From: a virus
Taxonomy: Duplodnaviria > Caudoviricetes
Length of the DNA: 64,000 nucleotides
Virus record (IMG/VR): IMGVR_UViG_3300032116_022045
Reading direction: 5' to 3' (one strand)
In this document: positions 26,792-35,942 of the stretch, one piece after another
Layout: every line of letters begins with the position of its first letter
Position numbering within the stretch: position 1 is the stretch's first letter
Program-made: the position numbers and the translations under genes
The notes under the pieces: model-generated
What the model saw: only the letters and a program-made list of their open reading frames with translations
Told to the model about the DNA's origin: nothing
Database searches by the model: none

Positions 26792-27631
26792 TTACTTTTC
26801 TTTACTCATTTTATATAAATTAATTTTTTCTGATGTTCCAATAAGATTGCCGCTATCATCATAGTTAGAAATAGTTTGATAGGTATATTTAACATATTCT
26901 GAACCTTCTTTAATTAAATTTGTACAATATTTATATAATGTATTAGACTGTGTGTCATTAGTTTCTTTAATAATTTCTTCAGCTGCTCTTAACCCACCAT
27001 TAGCTAAGTTTATACTAGCCTCACCAAATGTTTTAATGTCTTCTGGGTTAACAACACCATGTGACTCTCTTAATCTTATTAAATATATTATTGCTTTAGT
27101 TACCATGTTAGTATCTCTTAAATGTTCTGACCCTCTTTCTTTCATATCCATTATAAAACCTATGGCAATATTTATATGCATTTCACTTATTGGTTGATTA
27201 GTTGTACTAGCGTATGCTAATGAAGCTGAAATAATTAAAAAAACCATAACTAATATAGTTAAGTTAATAAGTTTAAATACTACAGGGTATTTTTCTCTAA
27301 AAGATAGAACTGTTTTTGATACCCAATTAATAAAAGTTTTTAATTTTTCTAATATTTTTAATCCTATTTTAGATGCGTTTAACAAAAAAGTGTTTAACAC
27401 TTCTATTATCTTTTGGTTTATTTTTTCAGATATATTTGAAAATATATTTTCATTAATTGTTAAATTTAATTCTTTAATATATTCTTTTTCACTTATTTTA
27501 TTTTCAATAAAATTTTTTGTTAATTTATGTTCTATTAAGAATTCTTTATTAAACTCAATTTTAGTGTGATTTTGTTGTTCTTCTAATAAGTTCTTAAACT
27601 TATTCATAAACATTCTCATTTCTTTGCTCAT
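26792..27631 (-). CDS. Membrane-anchored hypothetical protein with MSKEMR...LLEE leader
   Basis: Hydrophobic helix LINLTILVMVFLIISASLAYA; late motif at 27648-27656. Confidence 0.7.
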   Translation of the reverse strand: MSKEMRMFMNKFKNLLEEQQNHTKIEFNKEFLIEHKLTKNFIENKISEKEYIKELNLTINENIFSNISEKINQKIIEVLNTFLLNASKIGLKILEKLKTFINWVSKTVLSFREKYPVVFKLINLTILVMVFLIISASLAYASTTNQPISEMHINIAIGFIMDMKERGSEHLRDTNMVTKAIIYLIRLRESHGVVNPEDIKTFGEASINLANGGLRAAEEIIKETNDTQSNTLYKYCTNLIKEGSEYVKYTYQTISNYDDSGNLIGTSEKINLYKMSKEK

Positions 27632-27669
27632 AATATATTAATTTTTATATAAATATATTAACAATAAAA

Positions 27670-27691
27670 AAACCCACTTTAAAGTGGGTTT
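27670..27691 (-). terminator. Intrinsic terminator after nrdB
   Basis: Perfect palindrome AAACCCACTTTAAAGTGGGTTT with a minus-strand U-tract. Confidence 0.85.
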
Positions 27692-27697
27692 ATATTT

Positions 27698-28651
27698 TTA
27701 GAATTCTTCATCAAAAATACCATCCATTGTTTTTGGTATTTCAATTCTTGTGTATTCACCTTCTCTTTTTTCAAAGAAATTATTTTTTGTTGATAGACCT
27801 ATTCTTGACATAAAATCAAGTGGATTTGAGACCATAAATTCTCTTTCGCAACCAAAGTCATTTAAAACGATATCTGTAACATATTGTATATATTTTAACA
27901 TATCATTTTTTGTCAGACCTTGAAGACCATCTGGCATACTTTCTTCAACAAATGTTTTTTCTACATCATAGCAACCAAGAATTATATTTCTAATTTCTGT
28001 TTTATTTAGCTTATATTCTTCTTTTAGATAGTTTTTATATAAGTTTAATGCGAACTCGTAATGAAATGTTTCATCTCTTAATATAAGTTCATTCATAGCT
28101 GCTAAACCTTGCATTTTATTTCTACTTCTAAACCAGAACACACCAGAGAACACACTAGCAAATGAAATACCTTCAACACAAGCAAAAGCTAATAATCTAT
28201 GTGGAAATGATGGGTGTTGTATCCATTTTTCAGCCCATTCAGCTTTTTTAAATACAGCTTTGTTTGTTTCCATCGCATTAAATAAATCTTCTTTTTCTTG
28301 TAGATTTTTTATGTAGGTATCGATTAATAATGAATAACCATTTGCATGAACTTGTTCAATAAATGTTTGGTGTCCATAAAAATATTGTGCCTCTAACAAT
28401 TCAACTTCATTTAAAAAGTTTGTTGCTAAGTTATCAATAACGAGACCATCAGATACAGCAAAGAAAGCTAAGATGTTTTTAAGATATGTTTTTTCATTAT
28501 CTTTTAGTTCATCGAATTTATCTTTACTCAAATCAGTTTCTTCAGCAACCCATGTTTGGGATTCTGCTTTTTTATACATTTGCCATAAATCATTGTGTAT
28601 GATTGGGAAAATGGAATATCTTTTTTTAATTGTTGAATCTTTCAGGTACAT
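27698..28651 (-). CDS. nrdB: Ribonucleotide reductase class Ia beta subunit
   Basis: W-x2-EE-x-DLSKD, FFAVSDG, EQVHANGY, EGISF, DETFH and a KTNFFE-like NNFFEKR tail. Confidence 0.95.
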   Translation of the reverse strand: MYLKDSTIKKRYSIFPIIHNDLWQMYKKAESQTWVAEETDLSKDKFDELKDNEKTYLKNILAFFAVSDGLVIDNLATNFLNEVELLEAQYFYGHQTFIEQVHANGYSLLIDTYIKNLQEKEDLFNAMETNKAVFKKAEWAEKWIQHPSFPHRLLAFACVEGISFASVFSGVFWFRSRNKMQGLAAMNELILRDETFHYEFALNLYKNYLKEEYKLNKTEIRNIILGCYDVEKTFVEESMPDGLQGLTKNDMLKYIQYVTDIVLNDFGCEREFMVSNPLDFMSRIGLSTKNNFFEKREGEYTRIEIPKTMDGIFDEEF

Positions 28652-28657
28652 ATGTTT

Positions 28658-30067
28658 TTAATTTTCTTCTGTTGTTATGTTTAATAAATTCTTTCTATTA
28701 TTAAATATCTCGGCAACTCTTTGTTGGTTCTCTTTTTGTGTATTATTTTTTATTTCTGTTCTTGTTACACCAAAAGTAGTATTATCCATAGATACTGCTA
28801 TTCTTGAGTTATCGAATTCAACATCTTCAAATACCATTCCATCTTTACCAAATCTTGATTTAAGGATTGTTATTGTTGCTTTATGTGTTTCTCTTTGTGG
28901 TAATGATTTACCTACAGACATTATAAAGTGAGCTACTTGACCTTTTTTGATTGACCCACCCATTTTATCTGCTTCAACAATCTCTGAATTTAAGCTTTGT
29001 CTATTCCCTTGAACAGCTGTCCAACCTGCCATATCAAAATCAGATAATATCGTCTCAAATTGTCTCATTACAGCACCTTCACTTGTAAAGACATCTGTAT
29101 ATTCCTTTGAAGGGCTAACGCAGTCTATATAGTCTAATAATACGATATCTGGTCTAAAACCTTCTGATATTTTCTTTTCAATGTGTTTTCTAATCATTGG
29201 CATTGTTATACCATCGCTAGGAAGTTTTAACAAAACCAATCTACCACCATTTTTTTTCATTTCTTCAGTTTTATTGAAGACTTCTTCTTTATGGTTATGT
29301 AGTTCATTTAATTCAATACCAGTCCAACATGCCAAATGTTTTCTCTGAATTATTTTTGTTTTATCTTCAAAAAATATTTGTAATACCTTATAACCATCAT
29401 TATATGCTGTGTTAGCCATTTTGGTGATTAGAGTTGTTTTTCCGACCCCAAATGGGGCCAATATAAGCCCCAATTCACCTTTTGATAGTCCACCATTCAT
29501 TATCTCATCAAGCTTCGTTATACCTGTTCTAATTGGCTTTCTGAAGTCATCTGATAAAGCTTCTGTTATATTATGTAGAATATCTACACCATCATTTTCT
29601 GTATTACCATAACTTATAGCTGTTTTAAGAATTTCTAGACACTCATCATACTTTTCATGTTGATGTTTTGAGATTATCTTTTGTATTTGCTGTACGGCTT
29701 TATTAATTTCTTGTTGTTTAAAAAACTTTTTAGAAACATCTTGAATATAAAGCGCATCATGCACAACCAATTCTTTAATTTTGGCTATGGTTTTAATTAG
29801 ATAATTTTTCTTTAATTCTTTTAAATCTAATTCAGCTGCTCTTATTAATAAGCTATCAAAATCTGGTACAACATTATAATCTTTTTTACTTTGTTTTATT
29901 AAAGAGATTATTAATTTACTTTCATCGTTACTAAAATAATTTGGGTTAACAATATCTATAATGTTATTACCAAACTTTTGGTCTACGATTATTTGATTAA
30001 TAAGTTTCTCTTCATATTTAACACCTAAGTAATCTAAAGTTGCTTCTTTATTTATACTATCATTCAT
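28658..30067 (-). CDS. Replicative DNA helicase (DnaB / T4 gp41-like)
   Basis: Walker A APFGVGKTT; VLLDYID; WTAVQGNR; ILKSRFG. Confidence 0.9.
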   Translation of the reverse strand: MNDSINKEATLDYLGVKYEEKLINQIIVDQKFGNNIIDIVNPNYFSNDESKLIISLIKQSKKDYNVVPDFDSLLIRAAELDLKELKKNYLIKTIAKIKELVVHDALYIQDVSKKFFKQQEINKAVQQIQKIISKHQHEKYDECLEILKTAISYGNTENDGVDILHNITEALSDDFRKPIRTGITKLDEIMNGGLSKGELGLILAPFGVGKTTLITKMANTAYNDGYKVLQIFFEDKTKIIQRKHLACWTGIELNELHNHKEEVFNKTEEMKKNGGRLVLLKLPSDGITMPMIRKHIEKKISEGFRPDIVLLDYIDCVSPSKEYTDVFTSEGAVMRQFETILSDFDMAGWTAVQGNRQSLNSEIVEADKMGGSIKKGQVAHFIMSVGKSLPQRETHKATITILKSRFGKDGMVFEDVEFDNSRIAVSMDNTTFGVTRTEIKNNTQKENQQRVAEIFNNRKNLLNITTEEN

Positions 30068-30094
30068 TTATATTTAAATTATTTGTTATAAATA

Positions 30095-30586
30095 TTAAAT
30101 GCTAATATTAAGATACGTCTTGGTATAGTTTTTTTTGCTTAGTTTACTTCTAATCTCAGAGATAATATCTGGGATGATTTCTTTAATATCAACAGCGTAT
30201 CTAAATTTTTGGTGGAATGATGTTCCAGAAAAAATAGATTTAGCAACTGTTTTTCTATCTATTTTAATTTCAAAACTGAAATTATCTTCTTTATCTGAAG
30301 GTTGTTTAACAGCCTGTTCAGATTGATTCATAAAATAATGAGAGTTGGCCAACATAAATTCGATTGTTTTATTCTTAAGATATGTTGGGATAATACCCAT
30401 ACTCCCATATTGACCATTATTCATACCACAAATATTATCCATTAATTCTTTAATCTCATAAGACTTTACTGAATTAGGATTAAAGTTATTTATTGGAAAA
30501 TAACGTTGACAAATAATGTTGTCATTGATGTAGAGTACGAACTCAAATCTTTCTTGTTCAATTTTTTTTGCTTCTTCTTTTTTCAT
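30095..30586 (-). CDS. Hypothetical protein in the replication module
   Basis: 163 aa ORF between the exonuclease and helicase genes. Confidence 0.75.
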   Translation of the reverse strand: MKKEEAKKIEQERFEFVLYINDNIICQRYFPINNFNPNSVKSYEIKELMDNICGMNNGQYGSMGIIPTYLKNKTIEFMLANSHYFMNQSEQAVKQPSDKEDNFSFEIKIDRKTVAKSIFSGTSFHQKFRYAVDIKEIIPDIISEIRSKLSKKNYTKTYLNISI

Positions 30587-30605
30587 TTTATTTATTTATT
30601 TAAAT

Positions 30606-31658
30606 TTAATTCATATTACAATCACGATTCGCTAATTTTTTAAATGGTATTAGAAAATCGTCATATCTTGATGCACCCATTGCTTTATCTAATCCATCTC
30701 TTTTCATCAAACCCAATATTGTTTTAAGTGAAAAATCAGTATAATCAAAGTTACCGTTTATTAGTTCATTTAATTCATCCATGGCTTTTTCAGTAATCAT
30801 AGGTTTTTTTAAATTAACCAATCTTTCATTTATCTCGTAAATGTTTTCTTTTTGAACCCCATCAGTAACTTTATTTATTATATTATTTAATACTTTAAGT
30901 GGTTTTTTCTTTTCAGATAAACGTTGGTTTTGTCTAGCGTTAGCCAATTCAATTACTTCATCAATAGTTAATTTTCTTTCATTCAACTCAGGGATTAATT
31001 TTAATAATGTTTTTTCACGCAATCCTTTAATACCTTTTATCGTATCACTATTATCTCCAAGTATTGTTTTCAATAACATTGCGTTTTCTTGTATATAACA
31101 AAAATACGAAGAATAATTACTAATTTCAACATATTGTCTTAAATCAAGAAAATAAATTTTTATATCATTGGAAATCAGCTGTAAAAAATCTCTGTCTGTT
31201 GATGCTATGGTGATAGTTTCATTTTCTTTTTTGTTTAGACAATAATAACCTATAAAATCATCACTTTCTACGATTTCATCTGTTAATTGTCTAACGTTTA
31301 ATGCATTTAGATAATCCCATATCTTTTTTCTTTGTTCTAGTTCAGCTAAGTCTATTGGGTGTGTACCATTTTCATAGTCTTTACCTCTAGAACTTTTGTA
31401 TGGTTTATATATTTCATATCTTAACTTACCGCTAAGTTTACCGTCCCAAAAAACAAATACTTTATGGTATAAATCTTCATTCAATAATTTTCTCATAATA
31501 ACTAAAAATGAGTATAACCCACCGATGTGTTCACCGTTTGTGTTATACTCATTCTTAGCACCAAGATATGAGAATTTAAATAAAGCATTACCATCTATAA
31601 GTAATGTATTTGTTTTTTTTATTTTATTTTCTCCGTTTTTTGGTGGTCTTCTATTCAC
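30606..31658 (-). CDS. 5'-3' exonuclease / flap endonuclease (T4 RNase H, Pol I N-domain-like)
   Basis: LLIDGN, FVFWDG, ESDDFIG, STDRDFLQL, GDNSDTIKGIKG. Confidence 0.92.
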   Translation of the reverse strand: MNRRPPKNGENKIKKTNTLLIDGNALFKFSYLGAKNEYNTNGEHIGGLYSFLVIMRKLLNEDLYHKVFVFWDGKLSGKLRYEIYKPYKSSRGKDYENGTHPIDLAELEQRKKIWDYLNALNVRQLTDEIVESDDFIGYYCLNKKENETITIASTDRDFLQLISNDIKIYFLDLRQYVEISNYSSYFCYIQENAMLLKTILGDNSDTIKGIKGLREKTLLKLIPELNERKLTIDEVIELANARQNQRLSEKKKPLKVLNNIINKVTDGVQKENIYEINERLVNLKKPMITEKAMDELNELINGNFDYTDFSLKTILGLMKRDGLDKAMGASRYDDFLIPFKKLANRDCNMN

Positions 31659-31660
31659 AA

Positions 31661-32755
31661 TTACGCTTTGAAATCGTTATCGCTTAAATTACTTTCTTCT
31701 TTTTCGATGATAAAGTCATCATATTCAGTATTTAAACGGGTTTTAATATACTCTTTATGAATTTCTTTATATTCGTTTAATCTATCTGGGTTCCAATAAC
31801 CATGTGGTGTTGATGCTAATCTACCTTTTTGCTCAATACCGTTAACTTGGTTTTTTTCACATCTAATTTTAGTTTCAACACCAAACTGATATTCTTCACC
31901 ATTTAGTGTTGCTTTTAATTTTTCTGTTGAATGTGTTAAAATACCGCCAAAATGGAAAATTAATCTTGGGGAATAGAAAAACGCTTCACCGCCTTTATGT
32001 TTAATGACTTTATTTTCATTATCTAACCATATTTGTTGAACTACAGCAAATGTAGCAGTATACTCTGAAGTTTCACGTCTTGTTGATGGTATTCTATAGT
32101 TAATTAAACTTTTAAAAGAATTAGCTAACGCACCTGCTGTCCACTGATTATTGCTTGTTTTTGATGTTGCAGATTTAAAACAATTAACGCTACCAACAGA
32201 ATCCCATAAGAAACAAACATTTTTTTGTAAGCTACCATTTTTTTGTGCATCCAATATAGAATGCATATGTAAAGCAATATCTTCAACAACTGGTTCATCT
32301 CTTAATGGTTTTGTACCCATTTTACTATGTTGGTGGTCGTAATTTGCGTACATAGTTACTAAATCATAACCAGAAATGTAAATAAAATCACCAACATATT
32401 TTTCTTTATTTGTTTCTTCATCATAAACAATACTATAATCAATACCAATATTTCTAGCGTGTTCCCAATTAAAATTAGTTTCTGTATCATATATAATCGG
32501 TAAAATACCTAATTTTTGACAGCCAACTATCGTTTCAATTATAGCTGTTGATTTACCAGTGTTTGAATATCCTCTAAATGATGTGAAATACCCAATAGGG
32601 ATACCTGGAACTTTAACAGCTTCATGAAATGCTTCAGACATTGGAATCCATGCTAATTCTTTTTCTTTTACATTAAAATCAAGACCCATTTGTTTTTTAA
32701 ATGCTTCTAAATCAAATTCTTTTTTTTCAATTTCTTTTTGTGGTTTTTTTGCCAT
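31661..32755 (-). CDS. RecA/UvsX-like recombinase
   Basis: Walker A GYSNTGKST; IYDTE; FLWDSVGS; KGGEAFFY; KIRCEKNQVNG. Confidence 0.88.
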   Translation of the reverse strand: MAKKPQKEIEKKEFDLEAFKKQMGLDFNVKEKELAWIPMSEAFHEAVKVPGIPIGYFTSFRGYSNTGKSTAIIETIVGCQKLGILPIIYDTETNFNWEHARNIGIDYSIVYDEETNKEKYVGDFIYISGYDLVTMYANYDHQHSKMGTKPLRDEPVVEDIALHMHSILDAQKNGSLQKNVCFLWDSVGSVNCFKSATSKTSNNQWTAGALANSFKSLINYRIPSTRRETSEYTATFAVVQQIWLDNENKVIKHKGGEAFFYSPRLIFHFGGILTHSTEKLKATLNGEEYQFGVETKIRCEKNQVNGIEQKGRLASTPHGYWNPDRLNEYKEIHKEYIKTRLNTEYDDFIIEKEESNLSDNDFKA

Positions 32756-32795
32756 ATATCTATTTTTATTTATTTACTTTATTTATTTTTTTAAT

Positions 32796-32825
32796 AAAAA
32801 GGGATAGTTTTAACTACCCCTTTTT
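32796..32825 (-). terminator. Intrinsic terminator after SSB
   Basis: Minus strand AAAAAGGGGTAGTT-AA-AACTATCCCTTTTT with one G-U pair. Confidence 0.8.
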
Positions 32826-32847
32826 ATTTTGTTAAACATTTTTTATA

Positions 32848-33765
32848 TTAAAATGGAAGGTCATCATCTTCATCTTCTTCTTCAGAAGGTTCTTCAATTT
32901 TTGTTGATGGTTTTGATTTACTTGCCAACATGTTAGATTTAACTGTTTCCAAACTTGTATTGATTTCTCCATTTAATTCAACTGATTCTTCTTCAGTGGA
33001 AGTCAACGAATCTTTATCAACATATTTGTTTTGGTTAGAATCCCAAGCTGGTGTACCACCTTTTACAATGATTTCAAGATAATCATAATTCTTAACAGCA
33101 TACACATCTTCCCATGTTCTGGTATCTGACAACCAAAGTTCAGCTTCTGCTGAATCTTCGCTCAATGGTGATGGGTCGCCAGCTGCAATTGCGGATACAA
33201 CGATAGCGTTATTTTGGTTTCTATTAATAGTTACCACAAGGTCTCTACCATTTTCAACGTCTGTAATATCTTTATTCTTTTTAAGTGCATTCATAGCACC
33301 AATGATTTTATCATAGATACCTTCTTTTCTATAATCATGATTAAATCTCCAGAACTTAACACCATCTTGTTCGTTATCTCTATCGATAACTTTAACAACA
33401 TACATAAGTCTTGCTTTATAGTTTTTAGAAAGTTCTTTGTCTGTTTCTGTACCTGTTTCTAATAAGGCTTCACGTGCTTCACAAAAAGGGCAAGGTTCTT
33501 CTCTTTCGTGTTTTAAGCAAGCAAATGTTTTCCATTCTCCATTAACTTGGATTTTATGACCCCAAACTTCAGTAAATGGTGAACCATTTTCAGATGGTAA
33601 AACCCTAATAGTTTTTGTTGCTGACTTAACACCTTCTTTAATGTAAGTAGAGAAATAGTTTTTTAAGTCATAAACTTTCTCACTTTTCTTTTCGTACAGT
33701 GGTTTACTGTTTTTTTCGTACTGTGCCAGAATTGCTTCTAAGCTGTTTTCACTTGTTTTACTCAT
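32848..33765 (-). CDS. Single-stranded DNA-binding protein (T4 gp32-like)
   Basis: TIRVLP, C-x8-CPFC Zn motif, YVVKVIDR, GRDLVVT and an acidic tail ending DDDLPF. Confidence 0.88.
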   Translation of the reverse strand: MSKTSENSLEAILAQYEKNSKPLYEKKSEKVYDLKNYFSTYIKEGVKSATKTIRVLPSENGSPFTEVWGHKIQVNGEWKTFACLKHEREEPCPFCEAREALLETGTETDKELSKNYKARLMYVVKVIDRDNEQDGVKFWRFNHDYRKEGIYDKIIGAMNALKKNKDITDVENGRDLVVTINRNQNNAIVVSAIAAGDPSPLSEDSAEAELWLSDTRTWEDVYAVKNYDYLEIIVKGGTPAWDSNQNKYVDKDSLTSTEEESVELNGEINTSLETVKSNMLASKSKPSTKIEEPSEEEDEDDDLPF

Positions 33766-33810
33766 TTTTAATATATTTAAAATTTAACGTTATTTACTAA
33801 CCTATATTTA

Positions 33811-33841
33811 CAAATATACTAAATTAAAACACGTTTATCAA
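33811..33841 (-). promoter_or_regulatory. Bacteroidota-type sigma-A promoter for SSB
   Basis: TTG (33841-33839), 20 nt spacer, TATATTTG (33818-33811). Confidence 0.7.
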
Positions 33842-33859
33842 GTATTTTAAATATTTTTT

Positions 33860-34588
33860 TTAAATATCTTCTTCTTCGTATGAATTATCGTCAACACTAA
33901 ACGATTGTCTTATGTTGTTGTCGCTATAATCATAATTAATATCATCAGTAGTTAATGTATATTCTTTATTAGTGTCACTAGTGACTTCATAACCATCGTG
34001 TTTTTGACCCCAAAAATCAGTTAATTTTTGATTATATGGGAAAGAGCTTAAAGACCTTAATTCTAATTTTTCAACTGGTGTTGGGTTTCTTTTAACCATT
34101 TCTCTTTCTAAGTCATCGATTTTATTGGTTATGTTATCCATTTTTGCCAATCTACTTTCCAAATCAGCCAATTTACTTATTAAGGTTTCAGTATTTCTTG
34201 TTGCTTCTTCTGCTGACCTTTTAGCTTCTTCAGAGCCTTTAACTAATTCTGTGACATCTATTTCAACATCTTCTTCTCCACCACCCATGTCAGCAGGTTG
34301 TTCCATACCCATATCAGCACCCATATCACCAGCCATATCAGTAGGTTGTTCTGTTCCCATATCAGCACCAGCATCAATAGGTTGTTCTGGAGTTTCTTCA
34401 GCACCAGTGTCAGCAGGTTGTTCTGGAGTTGCTTCAGCACCTGGTTCTGGTTCTTCGTCTTGTTCTGATAATGAGCCTAATATAACATCTTTTTCATCTT
34501 TTTCTTCATTATAAAAGTCATATTCTAATAATAACTTAAATCTTTTAAGTTCTTCGTTTAATAGTTGTTTGTTAATATTTTTTTTCAT
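33860..34588 (-). CDS. Acidic low-complexity protein with LLNEELKRFKLL N-terminal motif (head/scaffold-like)
   Basis: 242 aa; PEQPADTG/ADMG repeats; coiled coil. Confidence 0.6.
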   Translation of the reverse strand: MKKNINKQLLNEELKRFKLLLEYDFYNEEKDEKDVILGSLSEQDEEPEPGAEATPEQPADTGAEETPEQPIDAGADMGTEQPTDMAGDMGADMGMEQPADMGGGEEDVEIDVTELVKGSEEAKRSAEEATRNTETLISKLADLESRLAKMDNITNKIDDLEREMVKRNPTPVEKLELRSLSSFPYNQKLTDFWGQKHDGYEVTSDTNKEYTLTTDDINYDYSDNNIRQSFSVDDNSYEEEDI

Positions 34589-34589
34589 A

Positions 34590-34784
34590 TCAAATCAATA
34601 GTTGTCTACCATCTTCAGTAATTATTTTTTTATTAATTCTTTCTACGATGCTTTTATCACCTTTAATAACGCATACGCCAGAGGAACAGTCTAAATTAGG
34701 GTCTTGATTGTTTTCATCAATCATTAAATCAAGAGCTTTGTTTAAATCTTTTTTGTTGTTCTGATTATTAGTATTATTTTCCAT
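34590..34784 (-). CDS. Small hypothetical protein
   Basis: 64 aa, packed against the next gene; late motif at 34804-34812. Confidence 0.75.
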   Translation of the reverse strand: MENNTNNQNNKKDLNKALDLMIDENNQDPNLDCSSGVCVIKGDKSIVERINKKIITEDGRQLLI

Positions 34785-34811
34785 AATATAAATTTATTAT
34801 ACTAATAAATA

Positions 34812-35441
34812 TTATGTTTTATAAAAAAAGTTTAATTTATCTTCTACTTTATTAAAAATGAAATATAAAAATGGTATATATTTTACATTATTGTTAATAT
34901 ATTCTATATATTGTTTATATTGTGAAATAATATCATTACCTATTAAGTAGGTATTACTAATATTTTTTATTTTTTGTTTTATTTTATTTATATTTATACC
35001 TATGTATTTTAATAGATTTAAATCAACACCGAATATTAAGTTATCTGAATATATATAAATCATATTATTTTTTTCATATGATATAATATTATTTAGTGAA
35101 TATATTTTATTGATTATCTTTTTAATTGTTTTTTTATTTTGTTGTATTGGGTCTATAATGATATATTTAACATTTGTTATTAATTCGTTATATAACTTAT
35201 GTTGAAACCAATTCAAATCGTCTTGGAATTTATCTCTATCTTCTGTTTTTTTAACTGTCCAATATAAATTAGGTTTGATTTCTCTGTTTAATATATCAAA
35301 GTCTTTAAACAATTTTTTTGTTAAATCATATCCAACAATAAGTGTTGGTAGGTTATCTATTATGTCATCTATTGATGAAACAATATTAAATTGTTCAGGT
35401 AATGAAATATTCGAAGTAGAAACTATATTTGCTATTTTCAT
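34812..35441 (-). CDS. Hypothetical protein
   Basis: 209 aa ORF preceded by TATATTTG. Confidence 0.7.
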   Translation of the reverse strand: MKIANIVSTSNISLPEQFNIVSSIDDIIDNLPTLIVGYDLTKKLFKDFDILNREIKPNLYWTVKKTEDRDKFQDDLNWFQHKLYNELITNVKYIIIDPIQQNKKTIKKIINKIYSLNNIISYEKNNMIYIYSDNLIFGVDLNLLKYIGININKIKQKIKNISNTYLIGNDIISQYKQYIEYINNNVKYIPFLYFIFNKVEDKLNFFYKT

Positions 35442-35445
35442 ACTA

Positions 35446-35453
35446 CAAATATA
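35446..35453 (-). promoter_or_regulatory. TAnnTTTG -7 box 4 nt upstream of an ATG
   Basis: TATATTTG-TAGT-ATG; no clear -33 box. Confidence 0.45.
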
Positions 35454-35462
35454 CTATTTTTA

Positions 35463-35936
35463 TTAATTATATTTGTAATAAGCTTGTTTATATAATAATA
35501 ATGTTTTATCAGGTTTAAATTTATTTAAAGAAGTCCAAGTAGTTTTTAATTTATTGCTTACTTCAGTCATTTCAGCTTCATTAGTAATGTTAAAATCAAA
35601 ATTTTGACCTAATATTCTTTTAATTAATTTTAACGCTGCATTATCTTGATTTACTTTAGTCATAGGTGCGTTTATTTTATTATTCATTTCTTCCCAAGTT
35701 GACCCAATAAATTGATACCTACCAGCGGCTGTAGTGAATAATGTTTTATCTTTGTTTATAGCGACTTTCCATTTTTCTTTACCATGTATAATTGTTGTAT
35801 CTTCAGTCCAATTATTTATTACTCTTAACTCACTGGGTTTTGCTGAATATAAAACATCGTAACCATTTTTACTTTTACCATATGTTCCCTCACAATAAGA
35901 CAATAAATCTAAGAAAGCTTTTTCGTAATTTGTCAT
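35463..35936 (-). CDS. Lysozyme / lytic transglycosylase (lambda R-like)
   Basis: AFLDLLSYCEGT...TAAGRYQF...TW...QDNAALKLI...TWTSL. Confidence 0.88.
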   Translation of the reverse strand: MTNYEKAFLDLLSYCEGTYGKSKNGYDVLYSAKPSELRVINNWTEDTTIIHGKEKWKVAINKDKTLFTTAAGRYQFIGSTWEEMNNKINAPMTKVNQDNAALKLIKRILGQNFDFNITNEAEMTEVSNKLKTTWTSLNKFKPDKTLLLYKQAYYKYN

Positions 35937-35942
35937 AAAATT

